The notes below the pieces were generated by a model. That model searched no databases, was not told the DNA's origin, and was given only the letters and a program-made list of their open reading frames with translations. A program made the position numbers and the translations under genes. A DNA stretch of 49,403 bases from Erysipelotrichia bacterium. GTDB lineage: Bacteria > Muiribacteriota > Ozemobacteria > Ozemobacterales > Ozemobacteraceae. Location: positions 1-49,403 of the forward strand of contig SABV01000001.1 of assembly GCA_009928855.1 (NCBI GenBank), read 5' to 3'. Shown here piece after piece: positions 34,858 through 44,088 of the stretch (positions are counted from its first letter, which is position 1; every line of letters begins with the position of its first letter).

Positions 34858-36102
34858 CTAAATAGATGAAGCGGTTACATTCATCCTTGAAGGATCAGCC
34901 GGACCCTTGATAAAAAGTTCCTTGTATTCAAGCAGATTTATTTCGATGCGCTCTTTAAGCTTTCTGCCAGAAGAATCTATAACGATTTTAATAACGGGCC
35001 TGACGACAGAAACAGGGTTGTTTTTAAGAACCAGCGCAATAGAGCCATCATTAAGTTCAACAAGACTGCCAGCGGGATACAATGAGAACTTACGAATAAA
35101 AACGCCCACAATTTTAGGATCAAAATGGTTGTCCATACCCGCAGTCAGAATTTTCATAGCTTCATATGGCGGCATAGCAACACGGTAAGGCCTGTCGGTA
35201 GTCAGTGCATCATACACATCGGCCACAGCACAGATTCTACCAAAAAGACTGATCTCTGTACCCTTAAGCTTGCGCGGGTAGCCACTACCTTCAAACTTTT
35301 CGTGGTGCTGCACAACAACCATTTTAGCCCGTTCGCTAATCCCTTTTGATTTAGCCAGAATATCGTAGCCATAAGTCGGATGAGCGCGCATCTCTGCAAA
35401 TTCCTGGTCTGTGAGTTTGCCTTCTTTGTTGAGAATGCTGAGAGGAATTTTTAACTTGCCAATATCGTGCAGAAGACAACCAGTGCCGAGATCGTCCATT
35501 TCTTCGCGGCTAAAACCCATAGCCACGCCGATAAGAAGAGAAATAGTCGCAACGTTGACGTTGTGAGTAAAAGTGTAATCATCGAACGACTTGATATCCA
35601 TCAAGTTCATTATTGCATCAGGAGCCTGCAAAACTTCTTCGACCATTGTATGCGAAACTTCGATCGTCTGCTTCGCATCAATGCCGTGCCCCACACGAAC
35701 CTGGTTAATCATGTCTGAAACGGCTTTAAAGGCGAAAACCTGCGTCTTTTTGGAAACAATAACCTTTTCGCCAGCCGTAACTGACTTCATTTCAGGAAAT
35801 TTTTCGAAAAGCAGGTCAAAATTACGTGCTACGCCGCCAACATTTTCGACATCATTGATATCGGTGATTTGAAAATCGTTAATAACGTACTCTTTACCCT
35901 CTTTCGTGCGCAGGTAAAGATCTTTTCTGATCATGAGAGCTTCTACATCATATTCGCAGTGCAAGCCTCTGAAAATAAAGCGAGATGGCATCTGTTTACT
36001 GCCAATGCGATCACCAGGAATCCAGACAAACTCTTTGCACAACCCGATATAGCTGTATCCAGTGAAGATAGTAACATCAACCAGTTTTATATTTTGCTTC
36101 AT
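34858..36102 (-). CDS. HD-GYP domain protein (putative c-di-GMP phosphodiesterase), 414 aa
   Basis: Motifs HDIGK and HHEKFEGSGYP. The ATG 36102 directly follows a terminator U-tract, so the start is uncertain. Confidence 0.85.
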   Translation of the reverse strand: MKQNIKLVDVTIFTGYSYIGLCKEFVWIPGDRIGSKQMPSRFIFRGLHCEYDVEALMIRKDLYLRTKEGKEYVINDFQITDINDVENVGGVARNFDLLFEKFPEMKSVTAGEKVIVSKKTQVFAFKAVSDMINQVRVGHGIDAKQTIEVSHTMVEEVLQAPDAIMNLMDIKSFDDYTFTHNVNVATISLLIGVAMGFSREEMDDLGTGCLLHDIGKLKIPLSILNKEGKLTDQEFAEMRAHPTYGYDILAKSKGISERAKMVVVQHHEKFEGSGYPRKLKGTEISLFGRICAVADVYDALTTDRPYRVAMPPYEAMKILTAGMDNHFDPKIVGVFIRKFSLYPAGSLVELNDGSIALVLKNNPVSVVRPVIKIVIDSSGRKLKERIEINLLEYKELFIKGPADPSRMNVTASSI

Positions 36103-36134
36103 AAAAAAAATGTATCACCCTCCGGGTGATACAT
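36103..36134 (-). terminator. Strong rho-independent terminator after the M14 peptidase gene
   Basis: Minus-strand AUGUAUCACCC-GGA-GGGUGAUACAU (11-bp perfect stem, 36110-36120 / 36124-36134) followed by U8. Confidence 0.85.
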
Positions 36135-36141
36135 TATAACA
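36133..36141 (-). promoter_or_regulatory. Candidate extended -10 promoter (TGtTATAAT) at the foot of the terminator
   Basis: The minus strand reads caTGtTATAATgtatcaccc. The last 2 nt of the -10 are the first 2 nt of the 5' arm of the hairpin. Confidence 0.35.
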
Positions 36142-36170
36142 TGACAAATATTTAAGTAAAAGAAAGAATG

Positions 36171-37667
36171 TTAATCAATATTTTTAATTACTGATAGAAC
36201 CTCAGGAGAGTACACGCCGGTCTTGTGTGCGCCTTCAAAAAGAACCCTATTGCGCACAAAAGATATTGCAAGTTCGGCCTGCGGAAGACTGCTAAGGTCT
36301 TTCCAGCTGTCGAGGTTGTCTTCTTTAAGGTCTTCACAGACAATGGCTGCCGCCCTTCTGCTTATTTTTTCGAGCTGTTTCAGAGCCTCGTTGCGCATGG
36401 CAATATTGTTTTCTCGGCCAAAAAGATCAACGGCGTCAACCAGCGCACGCCGGCTTCCCTCAAAATCAAGAGCAGCAAAAAGTTCGTCTCTGGCAGAAGG
36501 AGTTACCAGACCGTAAGTGCCCGCTTTGTCAATCAGGTAAATAGCCGCCGGAACATTGGTTTTTGTAAAACCGTCAATTTGAGAAGCATCTGGAATAAAT
36601 GTTCGGCAAAGCTCAAAAGTAAAAGACAAAACTTTCTTTTCGCCATAGAGATAATCGTCTGAGTCACCCATAGCCGGATAAAGCTCTGCGCTGTTCTGAG
36701 GTGTGTAGCCATTAAATTTGGACATATCGCCGGCCATTTTCTCAAAAATTTTGCTATCTGGGTTCGGAACATTATAAGCATAACCAAAAGGATAAAGAAT
36801 CAGCTCTGAATAAGTATGGTATGAAATACTGGCCTGAAACTTTTCTCTTTCTACAAAGTTTCTGATAGCCTGTGATTCAGGTTCAGAGAAGGGGCCGGTT
36901 CCGTGGTATGTATCTGAACTGCCAGAATTGCTGGAGCCAACGTTGCCCCACTGGTATCCATAGTTTCTGTTTAAGTCAACACCGTATGAACTGCCATTAT
37001 TGCGACGATTCTTACGCCAAAAACGACTCTTTTCCATTGAGTATGTGACACCGTCCGGATTTACCATGGGGACGATCCAGATTTCACGGCTATCTACAAG
37101 GCGTTTAACTTCCTCGTTGGTTCTGTATTCTTCGATGAGCTTCAAGGCTGTAGCCATTGGCACTTCTATAGACGGCCATTCGCGGGCATGATGAGCACCC
37201 ATAAGCAGTGCAGCTGGCTCTGCTTCGTTAACCTGCGGATTATCGCTTATTTTGAGAGCCCATATATCACGCCCCTCATGGCTTTTGCCAATTGATTCAA
37301 GTTTGCAGATATCTGGAGAGGTTTCTTCCCATTTTTTCAGCTGTGACTGCATTGAAGCAAAATTGTAATAACTGTCAGTCTTCGTCTGCGCAATTTTTAC
37401 AGTTTTAATATAATCATCAAGGTTTCTAACAAGAACCTTAAGTTTATAGCCTTTCATTACAAAGCTCTGTATTTGAGGGCCTTCCAAAATTATTTCGGCA
37501 AAATCTTTACCGGTTTTTGGAATATCATAGCCCTCGTTGGCCAGCTGCGAAATTTGCGAACTGTTAAGGTTCTGCAGGCGGACAAGGCTCTGTACGGGTG
37601 CAGCATAAGATGCTGATGCCAAAAACATTGAAAAGCCACATGCACAAGCTACAAGAAAACGCCTCAT
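36171..37667 (-). CDS. M14-family zinc carboxypeptidase, secreted, 498 aa
   Basis: RBS AAGGAG before ATG 37667, plus a signal peptide. Motifs HHAREWPS (HxxE), DLNRNY, SYHTYSE and FTFEL. Confidence 0.9.
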   Translation of the reverse strand: MRRFLVACACGFSMFLASASYAAPVQSLVRLQNLNSSQISQLANEGYDIPKTGKDFAEIILEGPQIQSFVMKGYKLKVLVRNLDDYIKTVKIAQTKTDSYYNFASMQSQLKKWEETSPDICKLESIGKSHEGRDIWALKISDNPQVNEAEPAALLMGAHHAREWPSIEVPMATALKLIEEYRTNEEVKRLVDSREIWIVPMVNPDGVTYSMEKSRFWRKNRRNNGSSYGVDLNRNYGYQWGNVGSSNSGSSDTYHGTGPFSEPESQAIRNFVEREKFQASISYHTYSELILYPFGYAYNVPNPDSKIFEKMAGDMSKFNGYTPQNSAELYPAMGDSDDYLYGEKKVLSFTFELCRTFIPDASQIDGFTKTNVPAAIYLIDKAGTYGLVTPSARDELFAALDFEGSRRALVDAVDLFGRENNIAMRNEALKQLEKISRRAAAIVCEDLKEDNLDSWKDLSSLPQAELAISFVRNRVLFEGAHKTGVYSPEVLSVIKNID

Positions 37668-37789
37668 ACTTTCATTCTCCTTAATTAAAGGCAAAGACAA
37701 GAGATACACGAATACTTTCATACTTGATAATAGACAAATTCTACGCCCGCTCCATGAGACTGTCAAGGTACATCAAAAAAAAGTCAATA

Positions 37790-37822
37790 AAATAAAAAAC
37801 CGCACATCGCTGTGCGGTCTGT
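37790..37822 (-). terminator. Rho-independent terminator ending pseudopilin module II
   Basis: ACCGCACA-TCGC-TGTGCGGT (8 bp perfect, 37799-37818). On the minus strand it is followed by UUUUUUAUUUUAUU. Confidence 0.8.
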
Positions 37823-37841
37823 TTAAGTTGCCACCTGCCAA

Positions 37842-38306
37842 TCAGGGATTATTCACCTTGATCAGTTTATCTGCCGAAACCTTGGGGCCTTTGAGTATGT
37901 TCTCAAAAGAAGTTTCGTTCGGATTTACTTCGCCGACGCGCGATGCTTTATCTGGGGATGAAGCAGTAATTTCGGGATTTTTATCTGAACTATCATTACC
38001 GGTAGATAAACCAGAAGAAACTTTGCTCATCAAAGCTTTCTTTTTTGCCGGGTCAGTTTCATCGGCAATTTTTTTCATGTCGCTCTTATTCGGAATGATT
38101 ATCACGGTTCCGTTGAGAATTGTTCTAGGGTTGTCAATGTTATTTACCTGCAGGAGTATCGGGTAAAGCGTCGGGTCACCATAGTGTTTGGCTGCTAGCT
38201 CCCAGAGGGTATCGCCAGTTGTTATCGTATGAGTAGTGGCACCTGAGACCGCTCCCGCAATTGCCATAAGACCAGATAATGCAAATATCACAAAACATTT
38301 TTTCAT
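37842..38306 (-). CDS. Secreted LysM-domain protein, 154 aa
   Basis: Signal peptide, then LysM (HTITTGDTLWELAAKHYGDPTLYPILLQVNNIDNPRTILNGTVIIIP). ATGA overlap with the upstream pseudopilin gene. Confidence 0.85.
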   Translation of the reverse strand: MKKCFVIFALSGLMAIAGAVSGATTHTITTGDTLWELAAKHYGDPTLYPILLQVNNIDNPRTILNGTVIIIPNKSDMKKIADETDPAKKKALMSKVSSGLSTGNDSSDKNPEITASSPDKASRVGEVNPNETSFENILKGPKVSADKLIKVNNP

Positions 38307-38887
38307 GGGGTTCCTCCTGAGGTGTACCGGGCAAGATTCCAGAATTTTTCTTCGTCGCTAAGAGTTTCAATAAAAAATCTCGGGTAAAGAACAGCTCTGA
38401 GTTCAACCTGATTACCCTTATCAGACTGAGATCGATCTTCAAGGTCTTTGTCGCTATCCACGACGACAACGATAGAAATCAGCTTGCTATCGCCTTCTCC
38501 AGATTCTTCAACTCTGAAATCGCTCACTTTCACCTTGCTGATAATGCGGTTTGAGCCACCCACAACATTTCTTCTGATTTCGCCATCGTTGAATGAATAC
38601 TTGACCATACGTCGCCGACCTTCGTCGATTATGCAAAATTCAATTTTAGAGCCTTCAACAACGGGTTTTTCTGCATCTGTAATCGGAATAAGCGCCAGCC
38701 TCATGTCGGCTTTCAGACGCTCCAGAATAAGACTGGCGGCCCTCAAATTGGTCAATTTAGTCTGACTTTTAAAAAACTGCGAAAAGGTACCCGTCATCAG
38801 GCGATATGCGACACCAGAAATCATCGTGAGAATCGCTACCATAACCATAATTTCAATGAGCGTAAACGCCTGCTTATTTTTATTCAT
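38303..38887 (-). CDS. Prepilin-type (GspJ/PilW-like) pseudopilin, 194 aa
   Basis: MNKNKQA|FTLIEIMVMVAILTMISG has Ala -1, Phe +1 and Glu +5. The start lies 1 nt after the upstream stop. Confidence 0.85.
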   Translation of the reverse strand: MNKNKQAFTLIEIMVMVAILTMISGVAYRLMTGTFSQFFKSQTKLTNLRAASLILERLKADMRLALIPITDAEKPVVEGSKIEFCIIDEGRRRMVKYSFNDGEIRRNVVGGSNRIISKVKVSDFRVEESGEGDSKLISIVVVVDSDKDLEDRSQSDKGNQVELRAVLYPRFFIETLSDEEKFWNLARYTSGGTP

Positions 38888-38888
38888 G

Positions 38889-39386
38889 TTAGTCTATAAC
38901 CAATGAAAAAAGAGTGACACTGTCGTTGCCGCCACCGCTGGATCTGGGGAAAGAGACCTTAACGTTTACCAGATAATCAGGAACCGACCTTCTTTTGTGG
39001 ATTATATCACTTAACAGGCCAACAATGCCAAGAGGACCTTTTGTATTCCGGCCTTTGAACTTGCACATCTCAAGGCTTCGAGAAAAAGGTTTTTTAACTG
39101 CAGGCGGAGCCGACAAATCAACTTTGGCAAAAAAAGCCTTTATTTCAGCATCGTCTTTCAAAACTATCTTTTCAGACTTTCCGCCGGCATCGTCAATCTG
39201 GTATACCCTGAGTTCTCTGACAAAGTTGATCAAGTCAGAAGCGTAGTTGGTTGCTGTAACTTCGGATACATTATTTGCTGTACCCTGGCTACCAAAACGA
39301 AACAGGTTATATATAGGCAAAAATGCAAAACTGATAAAAATCATGGCAATCAAAACTTCAACAAGCGAAAAAGCTCTCTTGCTCAT
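38889..39386 (-). CDS. Prepilin-type (GspI-like) pseudopilin, 165 aa from ATG 39386
   Basis: MSKRA|FSLVEVLIAMIFISFAFLPIYNLF. The ATG lies 4 nt after the anti-sigma stop. Confidence 0.8.
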   Translation of the reverse strand: MSKRAFSLVEVLIAMIFISFAFLPIYNLFRFGSQGTANNVSEVTATNYASDLINFVRELRVYQIDDAGGKSEKIVLKDDAEIKAFFAKVDLSAPPAVKKPFSRSLEMCKFKGRNTKGPLGIVGLLSDIIHKRRSVPDYLVNVKVSFPRSSGGGNDSVTLFSLVID

Positions 39387-39390
39387 GATA

Positions 39391-40374
39391 TTAGTTCCCG
39401 TGGGTGCCAATAGGACGGTCTACAAAAGGATTAGAAATATGGCCGACCGGGTCTGACGAGGGCTCAGAAGCCAAAATGGTGAGAGCTTCAGGCTCTGAGA
39501 AAATGGAGTCGGATGCAACTGCTATATCTGCCGGCAATGACGATGTTGATGTAGAATAGCCCAATATGGGGGTCGTAGAGGCAGACCCCAATCCATCAAC
39601 TGAAGGCCGAATATCTGTTGCAGAAGCAGAATAGCCGTGAGCAGCGTCAATAACGAGAGTTTCGGAAGCTATTGGCATATTTTTATCGGTATTTAACATA
39701 AGGGACTTTTCAGAAACAGCACGGTAAGATGGCGAAGCCTCGCAAAGAGTGACTGTGTGTTCATTCACAGTAATTTTAACATACTTGCCCCTGACAAGCG
39801 ACAGTTCAAAATCTGCATTTTTAAATTCAGGAGTTTTTTCTTCTGAAATGCCGGCCAGAGCCTGCCCGTAGATTACAAACTCAGAGTGATGTTTACCCGC
39901 AACAGAGAAAAGAAATTTGCCTTTGAGAGTCATGAACGCAGCATCAGCTAATTCAAAGGGTTGATCGGGCTGAACACGAATACCATCAACCGTTGAGTCT
40001 GCTGCCAGGGCGTGAAACATGATAGAGGTATGAAATCTGTGCTTATCTTCGGGCATTACCAGAAACGCCACAGCAATCAATGCCACAGCAAAAGCGGGCA
40101 GAAGAAACCATGTTCGCCACCAGCCCATTGAAACAGGTTTATTGATAACAGAATTTTTGCGAATATCGTCCATTATTCTGGCCGCAACGCGATGCCCGGC
40201 AAAGATCTCATCAATGCCCTCACGAAGAATTTTTTCTTCGCCGGTCATTGCTGCTATCTCTTTACGGCAAAGGTCGCAGCTTTTTATATGAGCGTCAAGT
40301 TCGACCAGCTCAGTTTTTTCAAGCTCGCCATCAACGAACAGAGATAATTTTTCTTTTTCAGGGCATTTACTCAT
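39391..40374 (-). CDS. Anti-sigma factor (zf-HC2, single TM, ~220-aa extracytoplasmic domain), 327 aa
   Basis: HIKSCDLCRKEIAAM. TM WFLLPAFAVALIAVAFLV. 8-nt overlap with the ECF sigma gene. Confidence 0.8.
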   Translation of the reverse strand: MSKCPEKEKLSLFVDGELEKTELVELDAHIKSCDLCRKEIAAMTGEEKILREGIDEIFAGHRVAARIMDDIRKNSVINKPVSMGWWRTWFLLPAFAVALIAVAFLVMPEDKHRFHTSIMFHALAADSTVDGIRVQPDQPFELADAAFMTLKGKFLFSVAGKHHSEFVIYGQALAGISEEKTPEFKNADFELSLVRGKYVKITVNEHTVTLCEASPSYRAVSEKSLMLNTDKNMPIASETLVIDAAHGYSASATDIRPSVDGLGSASTTPILGYSTSTSSLPADIAVASDSIFSEPEALTILASEPSSDPVGHISNPFVDRPIGTHGN

Positions 40375-40933
40375 ACTCTTCCCTTTTTTCGCGAAGCTGA
40401 GCTCTCGCTTTAAAAATCCTGTTTTTAACCGTTTGCAGAGGGATATTCAGAAGGTCTGATATTTCCTGGTAAGAAAGCTCATTCACGATTCTCAGCAAAA
40501 ACGGGACTCTTAATTCTTCTGATAGCTCCTGAATCATTTTAACAACCTTGCGAAAATGCTCACGCCTGATAAGAACTTCTGGGGGATGGGTGCTGTCATC
40601 CCTCGGCAAATCAGACAAAAGGCCATCAATAACCACATCTGAAGAGGCAACGCTTCTTCCAAGTTTTCTTTTGGAATCAACAAGAAGATTTCGGGCAATC
40701 GTCAGCAACCATGCAGCAAAGCGTCGTTCACAATCAAAAGAAGCCAGATGCCTGAAAGCCTTGACAAAAGTCTCCTGAACAACGTCTTCAACCTCCTGCA
40801 TATTGTTCTGCCGCGCCAGAAGAAAGCTGAAAACCAGCTTCTCATAACGTTCTACCAGCTCAGCAAAAAACTCAATTTCACCATTCAGAACCAGTTTTAC
40901 CAGCTCAACATCAGATCTTTCCTGCTTGTTCAT
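40367..40933 (-). CDS. ECF (group IV) sigma-70 factor, 188 aa
   Basis: Region 2 (VEDVVQETFVKAFRHLASF...FAAWLLTIARN) and region 4 (LSYQEISDLLNIPLQTVKNRIFKAR). Confidence 0.9.
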   Translation of the reverse strand: MNKQERSDVELVKLVLNGEIEFFAELVERYEKLVFSFLLARQNNMQEVEDVVQETFVKAFRHLASFDCERRFAAWLLTIARNLLVDSKRKLGRSVASSDVVIDGLLSDLPRDDSTHPPEVLIRREHFRKVVKMIQELSEELRVPFLLRIVNELSYQEISDLLNIPLQTVKNRIFKARAQLREKREEYE

Positions 40934-40964
40934 CTAAACATACCGACTTCTTTGCAAAAAGTTT

Positions 40965-43253
40965 TTATTCTTCTGTAATTATTTCAATATCACGCGGGCC
41001 CATGGAAAGGCCGTAAAAATCAGGAGTAGAAAAGTCTTTACCTCCAGATATTTCTAATGGATCAAAACCCCACTCAATAATACACCCCTTATCAACAAGA
41101 TCTTCGATGTTATCACAGGCTACGCCACCAATAATGTGAAGCCCCTTTTCGGGCGTAACAGAGACCTTGCCATTACCATTGTTGAGGCTGACAAAAAAAC
41201 CATGCATCTGTGGAAGAGTGCCCTTCATATCTTTGCCCTTGGCAAGAGTTATTCCCTTTTTGCCAATTAGAGTCAGATAGCCAAAAGCATCTGGATTGTC
41301 AGGCACAGATGTGACGTATGGATTCACTATCGGCTCTTTTACTGTGATGCTGCCATTGCAGACAATTACACCACCCTTGGCGACTTCGAGAGGTTCGTCA
41401 ATAACAAGATCGCCATCGAAACCAATTATCTGATTGAGGTATACCAGCTTTTTGCCACCTTCTTCGGTGACAAAATGGTTCTGAAAGAAGTCACATTGGC
41501 TCAAATAAATAGGCTTGCCAGCTTCGGCAGGAATCATATAACTCATGCGCTCGCGCAAATAGGCATCGCCGGGGTTAATCTGCGTAATACTGCCATTAAA
41601 ATGAATTTCGTTGTCATTTTTAAACAGATAATCTGTTTTACAAAGGGTCTCTGGTCCTGCATCCACATAACCATTTTCAGGCACGACCTGGCTCCATGAC
41701 AGATCAGGCCCACCCGGGTCACAAATATTGTGAAGACCGCTCATATAAGGTTCCCAGTCGAGAACAAGGGGAACCAGGCCACACAAAGGCGGGGTTGCCG
41801 ATGGAAAGCCGATCTGGTAATCAGTGTATGTCATACCGGCCTCGCAGGCTGCGACAAAATTGTCTATGAATGCCTCGTTGGTATTGCTGCCAGAAATTTC
41901 TTTATACCAGTCATAAACCTCGTTAGAGATAAAACTGGAAAATTCAGATGGCCGGGTCAGAAGACGCAACGGGTATACTCGCGCAGCTTCGCTGAAATAC
42001 AGAGCGAAAGTACGAACATATCTTCTTTTGATTTTGCCAAAAACGAGAGTGGGTGTACATAATGCCGGAGTACCGAACAAATGCATCGAACTGCCCTTCA
42101 GCAAAGCATCTTTTTTGCCATCGCGTTCGTAATAAAATCTGGTTTTAGCAAAAAGCGGATTATTTCTGAAGTTAATATCCCATAGGCCTTTATAGTTACC
42201 ATAGTCTACGAAGGCCACCATCACGCGCCTGGCATCTGCCCCGACATCATCGTTTTCGGGAATTCTGTCGTCGAACCATTTTGTCCAGTCTTTTAAAATC
42301 AACCAGCCGGCAGAATTTGGATTGAAATAAAAATGAAAATACTCACCGAAGGCATTTTCAAGAATGTCGTCGAAACTTCCTGTTACAACATTTAAAATAA
42401 GATTGCCACTATCACCCGAAGCGTCGGTTGAAGAACCTCGCCCACCAAGATATATCCAGCCATTTTTAACAAAAGACGGTACCCCGTTTTTGACTATATT
42501 GTCAGCACGGTTGAATCTGAAGTCAAGCCCCTCAATATTCTCTTTTTTGTTTCTGACAAAGCGATTGATGCATACCATCGGGCGCTTTGAGCCGCTCAAT
42601 TTGCCATCATCGGTTACCATAAGACCATTTGCGACTGTTGCGTCTACGGTCGCGCCACGATGAGAAAACAGAGTAAATCGGTAAAATGGCGGCGCCAGCA
42701 ATCGGGTAAGCAAAAATTCTTTGCGCATTCTGCAAGTTTTTGAAATACCCATATGGGTGGCCGTTACCACAAAAGTTATATGCCCCTGCCGCTCGAAAGG
42801 GCTATTAGCAAGACCGGCAATAGGAGCCTTAAAGGGAAACTTTTTGCCTAGATCGGCAATATAGGTGACGTCAAAGGTAACATCGCCACGATCCCCCCAT
42901 TCACTCTTAAAACGCGTCCTGATCTCTTTAACCACGTCAAGATTCTTTATTACATCGCTGTAATCAACGTTCTCGAGAGGCCCTTCCATATCTGAAAAAG
43001 CGGCATTTATAATTTTTTGTCCAAATTCAGGGTCGCGAGTTTCAAAGTCTTTCTGCAATTTTCGCACCGAAAGTCTGCCAACGGCCGAGGCAATCTGGTA
43101 AAGACGTTCACTGACCGACACTCTGTTGGTAACCGCACTTTCGTGCCTTACTCGACTGACCAGAGAGAGAAAAATAATCATAGAAAAAACGAGCACACCG
43201 CCGACAACAACTATAAGCATTCCTCTTTTATGGTTGTTATGAGCTGAGATCAT
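40965..43253 (-). CDS. Giant N-terminally anchored protein with GspK/PilX-like N-terminus, 762 aa (paralogue of 10164-13106)
   Basis: N-terminus HKRGMLIVVVGGVLVFSMIIFLSLVS with no Glu5. It shares motifs with the 980-aa protein (see findings). ATGA overlap with the upstream TPR gene. Confidence 0.8.
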   Translation of the reverse strand: MISAHNNHKRGMLIVVVGGVLVFSMIIFLSLVSRVRHESAVTNRVSVSERLYQIASAVGRLSVRKLQKDFETRDPEFGQKIINAAFSDMEGPLENVDYSDVIKNLDVVKEIRTRFKSEWGDRGDVTFDVTYIADLGKKFPFKAPIAGLANSPFERQGHITFVVTATHMGISKTCRMRKEFLLTRLLAPPFYRFTLFSHRGATVDATVANGLMVTDDGKLSGSKRPMVCINRFVRNKKENIEGLDFRFNRADNIVKNGVPSFVKNGWIYLGGRGSSTDASGDSGNLILNVVTGSFDDILENAFGEYFHFYFNPNSAGWLILKDWTKWFDDRIPENDDVGADARRVMVAFVDYGNYKGLWDINFRNNPLFAKTRFYYERDGKKDALLKGSSMHLFGTPALCTPTLVFGKIKRRYVRTFALYFSEAARVYPLRLLTRPSEFSSFISNEVYDWYKEISGSNTNEAFIDNFVAACEAGMTYTDYQIGFPSATPPLCGLVPLVLDWEPYMSGLHNICDPGGPDLSWSQVVPENGYVDAGPETLCKTDYLFKNDNEIHFNGSITQINPGDAYLRERMSYMIPAEAGKPIYLSQCDFFQNHFVTEEGGKKLVYLNQIIGFDGDLVIDEPLEVAKGGVIVCNGSITVKEPIVNPYVTSVPDNPDAFGYLTLIGKKGITLAKGKDMKGTLPQMHGFFVSLNNGNGKVSVTPEKGLHIIGGVACDNIEDLVDKGCIIEWGFDPLEISGGKDFSTPDFYGLSMGPRDIEIITEE

Positions 43254-44080
43254 TTTCTGGCAACTTTCTGCATCAATCCGGCGGCACGGCTGTCGGCCGG
43301 GTTCAAGTCAAGAATTTTCTGCAAATATTTTATACATACTGGCTTTTTGTCAGCATTCATAGCACACACTGCGGCCTGCAACAAAACATTGGTATTGAAG
43401 GGAAAAAACTCAAGAGCCTTTTCAAACCAGTCGCAGGCTTCAGAAAATTTCCCGGCACTGTTAAGAATTGTGCCGCACACAACCATGGCCGTGGCACTGT
43501 CATGACTGGCCGGAAACTCTCGAATAAGCTTTTTCAGAACGGTTAGCGCCTGAGTGTTTTTTTTCAACTGAATGAGACATTGGGCCTGTTCCAGCATTGC
43601 GTTAGTATCGAGAGGGTCTATTTCAAGAGTCTTTTCATATAAATTGCAGGCAGTCTGGTAATCACCCTTGGCCCGGTAAGCATCAGCCATATCATTTTGA
43701 GCATTACTGTCGGCAGCATTATGTCTCAATGCAAGAGCATAGTATTCAATGGCCAGATCAAGCTCACCACTGTCGTAGTAAGCATCGGCAAGCCAGTTGG
43801 CAAGCAGAGAATTATCTGGACTCAGGTCAAAGGCACGTTTCAAATGGTATACTGTTTTTTTAAGGTCTCCCTGGCGACCAAAAGAAATGCCAAGACCGGC
43901 GTGAGCTTCGGGCATAGATTCGTTGATCTTCAAGGCTTTTTCGTAATGTTGAACGGCTTCGGCAATATCACCGTTTTCAAAAAAGGCAATACCCAAAGCG
44001 ACCTCGGCGCTGGCTGGATTCATGCCCTTGTTGAGACAGCCGTTAGCTTTCTTAATTATCTGTGTTGTCGTGAGTCCCAT
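43250..44080 (-). CDS. TPR-repeat protein, 276 aa
   Basis: Consecutive TPR units (AxxxYxxAL-type). No signal peptide or TM was seen. It is the first gene of module II. Confidence 0.85.
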   Translation of the reverse strand: MGLTTTQIIKKANGCLNKGMNPASAEVALGIAFFENGDIAEAVQHYEKALKINESMPEAHAGLGISFGRQGDLKKTVYHLKRAFDLSPDNSLLANWLADAYYDSGELDLAIEYYALALRHNAADSNAQNDMADAYRAKGDYQTACNLYEKTLEIDPLDTNAMLEQAQCLIQLKKNTQALTVLKKLIREFPASHDSATAMVVCGTILNSAGKFSEACDWFEKALEFFPFNTNVLLQAAVCAMNADKKPVCIKYLQKILDLNPADSRAAGLMQKVARK

Positions 44081-44088
44081 GGGTATCC

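Noticed and set aside
40934-40964. ECF-type autoregulatory promoter (AAACTT...TCGG) between the 762-aa gene and the embedded sigma gene
   Set aside because: The spacing would place the transcription start at or beyond the sigma start codon. The match is too weak.
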